NCBI GenBank assembly: GCA_044222475.1
Contig: JBGANF010000077.1
Location: 1 to 37,870 of the forward strand
DNA length: 37,870 nt
Direction of reading: 5' to 3'
Source of the DNA: Polyangiaceae bacterium
GTDB taxonomy: Bacteria; Myxococcota_A; Polyangia; Polyangiales; Polyangiaceae
Positions within the stretch are counted from its first letter, which is position 1. Every line of letters begins with the position of its first letter. The notes beneath the pieces were generated by a model. It saw nothing but the letters and a program-made list of their open reading frames with translations. It searched no databases and was not told the origin of the DNA. The position numbers and the translations under genes are program-made. Shown here piece after piece: positions 1 to 8,720 of this stretch.

Positions 1-438
1 TTGATCGTCACCGCTACGGGGCTTCGCCTCAAGTTCGGCGGCGGCATCGCACTCACCGTCGACGGCGCACCAGTCGTCCAGAAGGACATGCTCATCTACA
101 AGGGGATGATGTGCAAAGACCTCCCCAACTTCGCGTTCACCATCGGTTACACGAACGCCTCGTGGACGCTCAAAGCCGACCTGACGAGCCAGTACGTGTG
201 CCGGCTCCTGGAGCACATGGATGCGCATCGGTACCGCACGTGTTGCCCTCGAAACGATGATCCCAACTTGGGACAGGAGCCACTCTTCGACTTCAACTCG
301 GGGTACGTGACGCGAGCGATCGACGACCTACCGAAGCAGGGGTCCGCAGCGCCCTGGAAGCTCCGCCAGAACTACGCCATCGACGTCGTGACGCTCAAGC
401 ACGGCCGCGTCGACGACTCGGCGATGAAGTTCGCCTGA
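1..438 (+). CDS. Flavin-containing (Baeyer-Villiger, EthA-like) monooxygenase, C-terminal part; 5' end outside window
   Basis: IVTATG second Rossmann motif, GYTNASWTLKADL, FNSGYVTRA..LPKQG..PWKL.QNY typical of the EthA/AlmA-type family. Confidence 0.85.
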   Translation: MIVTATGLRLKFGGGIALTVDGAPVVQKDMLIYKGMMCKDLPNFAFTIGYTNASWTLKADLTSQYVCRLLEHMDAHRYRTCCPRNDDPNLGQEPLFDFNSGYVTRAIDDLPKQGSAAPWKLRQNYAIDVVTLKHGRVDDSAMKFA

Positions 439-445
439 CGCGCGG

Positions 446-465
446 CTAGCTAGCTAGCTAGCTAG
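446..465. repeat. (CTAG)5 palindromic tandem repeat between convergent genes
   Basis: ctagctagctagctagctag read directly; contains the stop codon (462-464) of the minus-strand kinase. Confidence 0.95.
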
Positions 466-1946
466 TAGCAGAGGGCGAGCCCCGTCGCCTCGCGGCCGGT
501 GAACGGCTCGATCCCTCGACAGGGCATGCGATGGGTGCCCTGGACGCGCGTCCGGCACGTGGGAGAGCAAGCTCTGAGCGTGCCGTCTTGTTCGAGGCCG
601 TTGGAGTCGGTGCCGCGGCACGGCTGCCCGACGTTCAGCGTCTCGCCGTACCACCGGTCGTTTCCGCCATCGTGGTAGAGGGTCGGGCCGCTCGGAGCGG
701 CGCACTCGCACTCGCGAGCTCGAAAATCGGTGCCGAACGCGCAGAGGTTGGTGTAACCGTCGACGCATAGGCATGGCCCTGGCGGGGCCGGGCCGGCGGC
801 CTTCGCGGTGGGGGTGGACGACGCGATCGTCGACGAGGCGGTCGCAGTGTTCGACGCTGCGATTGGGTCGATCGACGACGTCGCCGGCGCGGAGACGACC
901 GCGAGCGCCGTCGACGCGCTCCCCGACGCGAGGGAGCGAGGCGGCGTGACCGCGACCCCGCGGCGGTGCGTGAGGAAGCCGATCGCGAGACCGGCGACGA
1001 GCACGACGCCGGCCGTCAGCCAAGGCATCAGCGGGCGGCGGCGAGGCGGCGCACTCGCCGCCCGCGTGGGTGCGGTCGCCTCCGGCGGAGCGAGCGAGGT
1101 CCGATCTCGCCACGCGCGAGCGAGGTCTCCCATCGAAGGGAAGCGACGCTCGGGGTCCGAAGCCATCGCCAACATGATCGCAGCGACGTCATGGAACCCG
1201 AGCCTCGGCTCGATTTCATTGGGGAGCGCGGGCGTCTGGCTCAGGTGCGCCGTCGGTCCCGGCATCGCGACCGTCTGTCGCGGGTGTTTTCCGGTGAGGA
1301 GCTCATACGCCATCACTCCCCACGCGAACTGGTCCCATTTTGGGCTTACCTCGGCTCCCGCAAGCTGCTCCGGAGCCATGTACGAGATCGTCCCGACCAC
1401 GCGCCCTTCGAGCGTCTCGGGCGCGACGCTGTCGGCGGTCGCCGCGGACGTGTCGAAGGTCACGCGCTTCGCGATCCCGAAATCCAGGACCCGCGCCCGC
1501 CCGTCGCTCGCGACGATCACGTTCTCCGGCTTCACGTCGCGGTGGACGATGCCGGCGCGATGCGCAGCGGCGAGAGCGTCTGCCACTTCACCGAGCCAAC
1601 GCCGGCGGTCGTCGAGCGAAGCTCGCTCGTCACCGACGAAGGCGCGCAGCGACTTCCCTTCGACGAGCTCCATCGCGACGAATGCCTGATCGTCGATCAC
1701 GCCCGCGTCGAACACCGCGACCACGTTCGGGTGACGAAGCGCGGCAACGGCCCGTGCTTCGGCGAGGAGGCGTTCTTGCGGGTCGACTCCGCTCGAGTCC
1801 TTGCGGCCCGGGCGAACGACCTTGAGCGCGACGACGCGTCCGAGCTCCGTGTCCCGTGCGCGGTACACCGCGCCCATCCCGCCGAGGCCGATCTGCGCCT
1901 CGATCACGTAGCGCCCGAAGGTTCGTCCAGGTTCGAGCGCGTCCAT
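462..1946 (-). CDS. Membrane Ser/Thr protein kinase with 10-Cys extracytoplasmic domain
   Basis: GLGGMG, VALK, HRDVKPEN, DFG, YMAPE; TM helix WLTAGVVLVAGLAIGFL; Cys-rich C-terminus. Start set at ATG 1946 (TGATG overlap with upstream stop); ATG 1952 is an alternative. Confidence 0.92.
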   Translation of the reverse strand: MDALEPGRTFGRYVIEAQIGLGGMGAVYRARDTELGRVVALKVVRPGRKDSSGVDPQERLLAEARAVAALRHPNVVAVFDAGVIDDQAFVAMELVEGKSLRAFVGDERASLDDRRRWLGEVADALAAAHRAGIVHRDVKPENVIVASDGRARVLDFGIAKRVTFDTSAATADSVAPETLEGRVVGTISYMAPEQLAGAEVSPKWDQFAWGVMAYELLTGKHPRQTVAMPGPTAHLSQTPALPNEIEPRLGFHDVAAIMLAMASDPERRFPSMGDLARAWRDRTSLAPPEATAPTRAASAPPRRRPLMPWLTAGVVLVAGLAIGFLTHRRGVAVTPPRSLASGSASTALAVVSAPATSSIDPIAASNTATASSTIASSTPTAKAAGPAPPGPCLCVDGYTNLCAFGTDFRARECECAAPSGPTLYHDGGNDRWYGETLNVGQPCRGTDSNGLEQDGTLRACSPTCRTRVQGTHRMPCRGIEPFTGREATGLALCY

Positions 1947-3445
1947 CACCATTGGTAGCAGAGGAGAACACCGTCGACTTGTCGACCGGTGGGACTCTCG
2001 ATGCCGCGGCATCGAGAGCGGTGTATTCCTGATACCAGCGTGGGACATCCGGGAAGGCAGCTCGCGAGCGTCCCAGCGCGCTCGGCCCCACTCGCGTCCC
2101 AGCCGCGACAAGGAGAACCTTCGGCGGCGTCTCTCGCCTTGAAGTGCCACGACGTGAGCGCGCGATCGGAGAAGAGGACCGTGTCAGCGACGCACTGACA
2201 CTCCCTCGCGTGGTAGTCGGTACCCGGAGGGCAGAGCGGAGTGTTCTCGACGAGGCACTGGCAGTGCGTGTCGTAGTCCTCGCGCAGGGTGATCGGGTCT
2301 CGCCACGCCGAGTGGGGCGTCGACCGAGCAGGCGGAGGCGACACGCTGGCCAGCACGACCGGGGCCGACGTGCTGGCCGCGATCGAGACGGGGGACGACG
2401 GCGCCTCCGCTGCTGGCGCCGATTGCGCGGCGCTGACCGTGGCAGGATGGCTTCGCGAGAGGGATCCGATCCCGAGCCCCACGGCGAGCATCGCGAACGC
2501 GGCGACGCCGAACGTCCACCGAGGTACGCCCTTGGTGGGAGCCGGCGTGGGTGCGACCGGAGAAGGCGCACTCTTCACCGATGCCCCGTCGCGCCACGCC
2601 CGGATGAGGTCGGCCATCGACGGAAAGCGTCGCTGGGGATCGGACGACATCGCGAGCATGATGACGGCCACGTCGTCGAAGCGGAGCCGCGGCTCGATCT
2701 CGTTGGGTAGCGCCGGGGTCTGGCTGAGGTGGGCCGTCGGCCCGGGCATCGCCACCGTCTGGCGAGGGTGCTTGCCGGTCATCAGCTCGTACGCCATCAC
2801 CCCCCACGCGTACTGGTCCCACGAAGGGCTGACCTCGGAGCCGCCGAGCTGCTCGGGCGCCATGTACGAGACCGTACCCACGACCCGACCCTCGACGGTC
2901 TGCGGCGCGGCTCCGTCCGATGTCGGGGCTTCGGTGTCGAACGTGACGCGCTTCGCGATCCCGAAGTCGAGCACGCGGGCTCTTCGGTCCCCTTGCGCGA
3001 TGATCACGTTCTCCGGCTTGACGTCGCGATGGACGATGCCGGCGCGGTGCGCTGCGGAGAGCGCCTCTGCGACCTCGACGAGCCATCGTCGCCGCTCGTC
3101 GAGCGAGACTTTCCCATCGGCGACGAACGCGCGAAGCGGCCGCCCCTCGACGAGCTCCATCGCGACGAACGTCTGCCCATCGATGACGCCGGCGTCGAAC
3201 ACGGCCACGACGTTCGGATGACGCAACGAAGCGACGGCGCGCGCTTCGGAGAGGAGCCGCGCCTGGGGATCGACGCCGCTCGTGTCGGTGCGACCAGCCC
3301 GGACCACCTTGAGCGCGACCACGCGCCCGAGCTGCGTGTCGCGCGCGCGATGGACGGCGCCCATGCCGCCGACGCCGAGGACTGCCTCGATGACGTACCG
3401 GCCGAAGGTCGTCCCCGGTTGCAGCTCCAACGTTGCGTCGGTCAC
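1946..3445 (-). CDS. Membrane Ser/Thr protein kinase, close paralog of 462..1946
   Basis: Same kinase motifs; shared stretch TGKHPRQTVAMPGPTAHLSQTPALPNEIEPRL; TM helix; same 10-Cys pattern; GTG start overlaps upstream TGA. Confidence 0.93.
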   Translation of the reverse strand: MTDATLELQPGTTFGRYVIEAVLGVGGMGAVHRARDTQLGRVVALKVVRAGRTDTSGVDPQARLLSEARAVASLRHPNVVAVFDAGVIDGQTFVAMELVEGRPLRAFVADGKVSLDERRRWLVEVAEALSAAHRAGIVHRDVKPENVIIAQGDRRARVLDFGIAKRVTFDTEAPTSDGAAPQTVEGRVVGTVSYMAPEQLGGSEVSPSWDQYAWGVMAYELMTGKHPRQTVAMPGPTAHLSQTPALPNEIEPRLRFDDVAVIMLAMSSDPQRRFPSMADLIRAWRDGASVKSAPSPVAPTPAPTKGVPRWTFGVAAFAMLAVGLGIGSLSRSHPATVSAAQSAPAAEAPSSPVSIAASTSAPVVLASVSPPPARSTPHSAWRDPITLREDYDTHCQCLVENTPLCPPGTDYHARECQCVADTVLFSDRALTSWHFKARDAAEGSPCRGWDASGAERAGTLASCLPGCPTLVSGIHRSRCRGIESPTGRQVDGVLLCYQW

Positions 3446-5025
3446 GGCTGGCGGACTTCGACGGTGAGAAAGATCGCGCCGGGAGGGAGCTTCGGGTCCG
3501 CGCCGGGACCGAACGAGACCGGCATGAGCGCGTCACGAAAGCACGCCTCCAGTGCCGGCGGTTCTCGAGCGTCCACCGAACGCACCTTGCCTTCGAGGTC
3601 ACCGATGTTCCACAGCTCGAGCTTGATCCCGATCGTCGCGGGAACCGTCGCCGGCGGATGTTGCAGGATGCACGATCGGATCTGAGACTGCACGATGCTC
3701 ACGATGCGCGCGCTCACGGGCAGCGGATACTGAAGCGTCGCGCCAGCGCGAACGTACACGTCGAGCGGCTTGGCCGGGGGTGGCGGCGGCGGTGGTTTGA
3801 CCGTGGTCACCGGTGGCGGCGCGACGCTCGCGACGACGCTCGGTGCGACGCTCGCGCTCGGCGGCGGCGGCGGTGCGCTCGACGCGACCGGCGGCGTCCA
3901 TGACGCCGGCGCCGAGGCCGTGACGCTCGGTGGCGGCGGCACCGCGTCGGTGCGGCCCAACCATCGCGAGCCGACGAAGACGCCTCCACCGAGGAGCGCG
4001 AGCATCAACACGACGAAGCCGGCGTTCTTGACGATCGCCGGCATCGGCGCTAGCGGCGGGTGCGGCATCTGGACCGCCGTCGGCAACGTGTCCTGCACGC
4101 CGATGCCCTTCGCGAGCGGCGTGTTCGTCGAGAGCGGCGGCGGCGGACGCGACGCACCCGGCGGAGGGAGCGATTGGATCCGCGCGACCGCGCCGGAGAC
4201 GTTGCCGCCCAGCGCGAGCACGACGTCGTCCATCGACGCGTATCGCTGCTCGGGCGACGGCGCCATCGCGTGCGACGCGACCTCGGCGAGCGCCGGCGGA
4301 ACGGCGGCCACTTCGTCCGCCGGTTTGACTCGTCCGTTGGGGCCGATGAGCCCCGCGATGCGCGGGTGCTTGCCGGTGAGCAGCTCGTAGGCGACGACGC
4401 CGAACGCGTACTGATCCCACAGCGGTGAGGGCGGGCCACCGGCGAGCTGCTCGGGCGCCATGTACGCCGGCGTTCCGATGATGCGCCCCTCGCCGGTGAG
4501 GTGCGCCGTCGCAGCAGCGGTCTCGTCGCTGTGCTGCGTCGGACCGACGACGTCGATGCCGAACGACTTCGCGATCCCGAAATCGAGGACGTGCGCCTGC
4601 CCGTCCTCGCCAATCATCACGTTCTCGGGCTTCGTGTCGCGATGGACGAGACCGGCTCGGTGGGCGGCGCTCAGCGCACCGGCGATCTGGAGGAGCCAGC
4701 TCTGCTTCGTTTCCGCCGTCACGGTGTCGTCGCCGATGTACTCGCGGAGCGTCTTGCCGACGATCAGGTCCATGCTGACGAACGCGACGCCGTCGACCTC
4801 GCCGACGTCGAACACGGACACCACGTTGGGGTGCTTCAGCGTCGCGACCGCTCGCGCTTCGGCGAGGAGCCGCTCCGCGCGACCGGTGGAATCGCGGGCG
4901 ACGACCTTGAGAGCGACCCATCGACGCAACGTCGAGTCCCAGGCGCGGAACACCTCGCCCATGCCGCCCGCACCGAGCGGCGACTCGATCCGGTAGCGTC
5001 CGAGGTTCTGCCCGACTTCGACCAT
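3442..5025 (-). CDS. Membrane Ser/Thr protein kinase with Pro-rich linker and AgmX/PglI (TonB-C-like) C-terminal domain
   Basis: GAGGMG, HRDTKPEN, DFG, GTPAYMAPE; TM helix; IRSC...GKV...LEACFRDAL...SF pattern (domain call tentative); GGAGG SD upstream. Confidence 0.9.
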   Translation of the reverse strand: MVEVGQNLGRYRIESPLGAGGMGEVFRAWDSTLRRWVALKVVARDSTGRAERLLAEARAVATLKHPNVVSVFDVGEVDGVAFVSMDLIVGKTLREYIGDDTVTAETKQSWLLQIAGALSAAHRAGLVHRDTKPENVMIGEDGQAHVLDFGIAKSFGIDVVGPTQHSDETAAATAHLTGEGRIIGTPAYMAPEQLAGGPPSPLWDQYAFGVVAYELLTGKHPRIAGLIGPNGRVKPADEVAAVPPALAEVASHAMAPSPEQRYASMDDVVLALGGNVSGAVARIQSLPPPGASRPPPPLSTNTPLAKGIGVQDTLPTAVQMPHPPLAPMPAIVKNAGFVVLMLALLGGGVFVGSRWLGRTDAVPPPPSVTASAPASWTPPVASSAPPPPPSASVAPSVVASVAPPPVTTVKPPPPPPPAKPLDVYVRAGATLQYPLPVSARIVSIVQSQIRSCILQHPPATVPATIGIKLELWNIGDLEGKVRSVDAREPPALEACFRDALMPVSFGPGADPKLPPGAIFLTVEVRQP

Positions 5026-5039
5026 CGCCTCCGTAGAGA

Positions 5040-5930
5040 CTACTCTCGGATTCGGACGGCGAGAACCGAGCAGGAGACGTGGCGAATGATGCTCTCGGCG
5101 ACGGACCCGAGCGCGAGCCGCGCGAGCCCGGTGCGGCCATGCGTTCCGACGACGACGAGCTCCGCGCCGCGCTCGACGGCGAGGTCGTGGATCATCGCCG
5201 ATGGCCCGCCGTTCAGCACGACGGCTTCCGCCGTCACCCCGATGCTCTCCAGCGCGCCGCTGAGCGCCTGCTTGGTGGCCCCGAGCACGACCGGAACGTC
5301 GATCGCATGCTGCGCGCCGCCGAAGAACGAGCCGAGCTCACCGAAGAACGCCGCGCCACGGAAGTCGATCGCGTGAGCGACGACGAGCTTCGCCTTGCGG
5401 ATGCTCGCCTGATCGGCAGCGACCTTCACCGCGTCGAGCGACGGCTTCGACATGTCCGTCGCGGCGATGACGACGCCGCGCGTCTTCGTGGGACGAACGA
5501 CGACGACCGGGCAGTGCGCATAGCGGACGACCTTCTCGGCGACCGACCCCATCAGCACGCGCGTGAGCCCGGTCTTGCCGAGGCTTCCGACGAACAGCAG
5601 CGACGGGTGGTACTGCTCGGCCCGGCGGATGATCTCGGAGTAGTCGAGCCCGACCTCGACGTACCTCTCGACCTCCGAGGGCTCGCGACCGGTGACCACC
5701 TTGATGCGCTCGTCGAGCAGGGTGCGCACGCGCGAGATGAGACCGGCGACGTCGAACTCGGAGCCGAGGTTGCCTTGAGGAAAGAGCGGGTTCAGCTGCT
5801 GGACGTCCGGGATGACGTGAACGACGGCGAGCTTCGCACCCGCGAGCCGTGCGGACGCATCGGCCTCACGGAGGGCTTCGTCCGAGGATTCACTGAAATC
5901 CGATGCGACGAGGATCTTGGCGGTCGACAT
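5040..5930 (-). CDS. Universal stress protein (tandem Usp domains)
   Basis: ILVASDFS; two G-x2-G-x9-GS motifs (GSLGKTGLTRVLMGSVAE, GTHGRTGLARLALGSVAE). Confidence 0.93.
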   Translation of the reverse strand: MSTAKILVASDFSESSDEALREADASARLAGAKLAVVHVIPDVQQLNPLFPQGNLGSEFDVAGLISRVRTLLDERIKVVTGREPSEVERYVEVGLDYSEIIRRAEQYHPSLLFVGSLGKTGLTRVLMGSVAEKVVRYAHCPVVVVRPTKTRGVVIAATDMSKPSLDAVKVAADQASIRKAKLVVAHAIDFRGAAFFGELGSFFGGAQHAIDVPVVLGATKQALSGALESIGVTAEAVVLNGGPSAMIHDLAVERGAELVVVGTHGRTGLARLALGSVAESIIRHVSCSVLAVRIRE

Positions 5931-5965
5931 GGGCGCACCATACCAGGAGGCGCTATCGTTCGCCC
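5931..5965. promoter_or_regulatory. Divergent promoter with two -10 boxes, each 6 nt from a start codon
   Basis: Minus TATGGT (5937-5942) 6 nt from ATG 5930; plus TATCGT (5954-5959) 6 nt from ATG 5966. Confidence 0.6.
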
Positions 5966-6397
5966 ATGCGAACTCTCTTGCTCATCTTGACCGCGACGCT
6001 CGCCGGGTGTGGCGGAAAAATCGACGACAGGTTCCTCGACGGCTCGACCGACGCGAGCACGAACGACGTGGTGAAGAGCGACGTGATCACGCCGGTGGAC
6101 GTGATCACGCCGGTCGACGTCATCGTCCCGCCCAAGCCCGACGCATCTCCGATCGTCTGCAGCAACAAAACGGGTCAGGGCTACGTGGGCTCGAACGGCG
6201 AGTGCGGGGAGATCGACGAGTGGAAGTGCAATGACGGGAACGTGTACGAGATCTCGTGCAAGTGCCCCCCCGACCCGAACGGGCAGACCTGCGCGTGCCG
6301 TCGGAACGGAATCACGACTCAGGTCTTCGGCGGCAGCGTCTGCCCGGGTTGCACCGGCGTCGCGAAGTCGGCGGCTAAGTGCGGCTTTCCTGAGTGA
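5966..6397 (+). CDS. Small Cys-rich lipoprotein
   Basis: Signal peptide with lipobox LAGC; DVITPV-DVITPV-DVIVPP repeat; Cys-rich C-terminal half. Confidence 0.8.
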   Translation: MRTLLLILTATLAGCGGKIDDRFLDGSTDASTNDVVKSDVITPVDVITPVDVIVPPKPDASPIVCSNKTGQGYVGSNGECGEIDEWKCNDGNVYEISCKCPPDPNGQTCACRRNGITTQVFGGSVCPGCTGVAKSAAKCGFPE

Positions 6398-6929
6398 CCG
6401 CCGCGCTCTTCTCGACGACTTGAACCTCGACCTCGATGTCGACCTTCTCGCTCACGAGGACGCCGCCGGCCTCTAGCGCGGCGTTCCACTTGAGGCCCCA
6501 GTCGGTGCGGTTGATGGAGACCTTGCCGTTGAAGCCGAGGCGCGGGTTGCCCCATGGGTCCTTGCCGCCACCGGTCTGCTCGACGTCGACGACGATCGCC
6601 TTCGTCACGTCGCGGATCGTCAGATCCCCGTGAAGCGCGTAGCGCCCCGGGCCGGTCGTCTCGACGCGCTTGCTCTGGAAGATCATCTTGGGGAACTTGT
6701 CGGTCTCGAAGAAGTCCGCCGACCGCAGGTGGGCGTCGCGCTTGTCTTCGCGCGTGTCGATGCTCGCCGTGTCGATCTCGACGGTGACGTTGGACTTGCT
6801 CGCGTCCTTGGGGTCGTAGGCGAGCTTGGCGGTCCAGACCTTGAACTGTCCGCGCACCTTCGCGAACACCATGTGACGAACCGAGAACCCGATCTCCGAG
6901 TGGGAAGTGTCGATGTCGAACGTTGCCAT
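6375..6929 (-). CDS. YceI family polyisoprenoid-binding protein
   Basis: IDTSHSEIGFSVRHM, RDAHLRSADFF, GDLTIRDVT, DPWG, INRTDWGL; AAGGAGG SD before ATG 6929 (ORF-track N-extension is spurious). Confidence 0.95.
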   Translation of the reverse strand: MATFDIDTSHSEIGFSVRHMVFAKVRGQFKVWTAKLAYDPKDASKSNVTVEIDTASIDTREDKRDAHLRSADFFETDKFPKMIFQSKRVETTGPGRYALHGDLTIRDVTKAIVVDVEQTGGGKDPWGNPRLGFNGKVSINRTDWGLKWNAALEAGGVLVSEKVDIEVEVQVVEKSAAVTQESRT

Positions 6930-6971
6930 GACGTGTGTCCTCCTTGACGCCTCCCAACGTGCGCCCGAACG

Positions 6972-6991
6972 ACCATCATGTGAATCGATGA
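6972..6991. promoter_or_regulatory. Putative LysR operator upstream of the YceI gene
   Basis: ACCATC-N9-GATGA dyad containing T-N11-A; same pattern at 7933-7952 and 7985-8004. Confidence 0.65.
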
Positions 6992-6994
6992 AAT

Positions 6995-7927
6995 TTAGAT
7001 GTCTTTCATCTTCTTTGGAGATGCCTTCCACCCGTCCCTCGCGCACGCGGCGCCGAGCTCGCGCTCGATCCAACGATGAGCGGGCCCAAACGGCTTGTCC
7101 GGTCGATGGACGAGGTGGAGGACGAGCTGGTTCCCTTGGCCGGCCGTCGCCTGCGGTCGGATGACGACCAAGCGACCCGCCCGTACGTCGGTCTTCACGA
7201 GGTGCTCCGGGAGGTTTCCCCACCCGAGGTTCGCGAGCATCATCGCGTGCTTCGTGTGGAGATCGGCGACGCGCCACGTGCGCGGCGAGAGGACGCCTTG
7301 GTCGGCCACACCGGTCTCGCTCCGCTCGGAGAGGACGATCTGCACGGCCTCCGCGAGGCGGGACGGCGAGATCGTCCCTTTGATGGCGGCGAGCGGGTGA
7401 CGCGGTCCGACGAGGGGAATCATGCGAACGCTCGCGAGCGGCTTGCGCTCCAAGCCCGGCGCGACGCCCGCCTCGACGACGACGCCGAGCGTCGCCGCGC
7501 CGGCGAGTACGCGCTCCGACACCGCGGACATCAGCTGCGTGTCGACGCGGAGATCGACGGTCGGAAACTCCTTTGCGAAGCGCACGCAGAGATCCGTGAG
7601 CGCGGCGAGTGGGAAGAGCGCATCGACGCAGAGCGACACGTTGGCCTCGAGCCCACCCGCCATTCCGGCGGTGAGCCGCTTCAACGAGTCGACTTCCAGC
7701 AACACGCGCCGAGACGCTGCCAGGACGGCCTCTCCCTGCGGCGTGAGCGTCGCGATCTTGGTCGTTCGATCCCAGAGCGGGACCCCGAGCTGGTCCTCGA
7801 GGTTGGCCATCGACGTGCTGATCGCCGACTGGACGCGCCTGAGCTTTCGCGCCGCGGCGGAGAAGCTCCCCTCTTCGACGACCGTGACGAGGGCGCGAAG
7901 CTGATCGAGCGTGACCGGATCGAGCAT
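6995..7927 (-). CDS. LysR family transcriptional regulator
   Basis: TLDQLRAL..VVEEGSFSAAARKLRRVQSAIS HTH; substrate domain LGWGNLP; start ATG 7927 (7942 alternative). Confidence 0.95.
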   Translation of the reverse strand: MLDPVTLDQLRALVTVVEEGSFSAAARKLRRVQSAISTSMANLEDQLGVPLWDRTTKIATLTPQGEAVLAASRRVLLEVDSLKRLTAGMAGGLEANVSLCVDALFPLAALTDLCVRFAKEFPTVDLRVDTQLMSAVSERVLAGAATLGVVVEAGVAPGLERKPLASVRMIPLVGPRHPLAAIKGTISPSRLAEAVQIVLSERSETGVADQGVLSPRTWRVADLHTKHAMMLANLGWGNLPEHLVKTDVRAGRLVVIRPQATAGQGNQLVLHLVHRPDKPFGPAHRWIERELGAACARDGWKASPKKMKDI

Positions 7928-7932
7928 GGCGA

Positions 7933-8004
7933 ACCATCTCACCCGTAGATGATCGACGTCAACGCATTACCACTTCCGAAGATGACCATCCGGGCGCAAG
8001 ATGA
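7933..8004. promoter_or_regulatory. LysR/pirin divergent control region with two operator dyads
   Basis: ACCATC-N9-GATGA at 7933-7952 and 7985-8004. Confidence 0.65.
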
Positions 8005-8021
8005 AGCATCGAGGTGACCCG

Positions 8022-8720
8022 ATGATGACCCTTCGCCCCGCCCGCGAGCGTGGCCACGCCAACCACGGCTGGCTCGACAGCCACCACACGTTCTCCTTCG
8101 CCGACTACTACGATCCGGCGCACATGGGCTTCCGCGCGTTACGCGTGATCAACGACGATCGCGTCGCGCCGGGCCAGGGCTTCGGCACGCACGGGCACCG
8201 TGACATGGAGATCGTGTCGTACGTCCTCGAAGGCGCGCTCGAGCACAAGGACTCCATGGGAACCGGCTCCGTCATCCGCCCGGGAGACGTCCAACGCATG
8301 AGCGCCGGGACCGGGGTCCGCCACAGCGAGTTCAACGCGTCGAAGACCGAACCGGTGCACTTCCTCCAGATCTGGATCCTCCCGCGAGCTGCGGGCATCA
8401 AACCGAGCTACGAGGAGAAGCGGTTCACGGAGGCGGACAAGCGCGGCAAGCTCCGCGTCGTCGCATCACCGAACGGGCGCGAGGGCAGCGTGACGATCCA
8501 CACCGACGCCGTGATCTACGCCGGGCTCTTCGACGGCGACGAGAAAGCGGAGCTCGCGATCGGGAGCGGGCGCCACGCGTGGGTTCACGTCGCGCGAGGA
8601 AGCGTCCGGGTCAACGGGAAAGCGCTCGGCGAAGGTGACGGTGCGTCGTTGAGCGAAGAGCCCTCGGTCACGATCGACGGCGGCAAGAGCGCCGAGGTCA
8701 TCGTGTTCGATCTGGCGTGA
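8022..8720 (+). CDS. Pirin family protein (YhhW-like)
   Basis: [62 protein letters not shown]. Confidence 0.95.
   Translation: MMTLRPARERGHANHGWLDSHHTFSFADYYDPAHMGFRALRVINDDRVAPGQGFGTHGHRDMEIVSYVLEGALEHKDSMGTGSVIRPGDVQRMSAGTGVRHSEFNASKTEPVHFLQIWILPRAAGIKPSYEEKRFTEADKRGKLRVVASPNGREGSVTIHTDAVIYAGLFDGDEKAELAIGSGRHAWVHVARGSVRVNGKALGEGDGASLSEEPSVTIDGGKSAEVIVFDLA

Noticed and set aside
6375..7937. 520-aa ORF suggesting an extended or fused YceI
   Set aside because: The N-terminal part is an off-frame reading of the LysR gene; a strong SD supports ATG 6929
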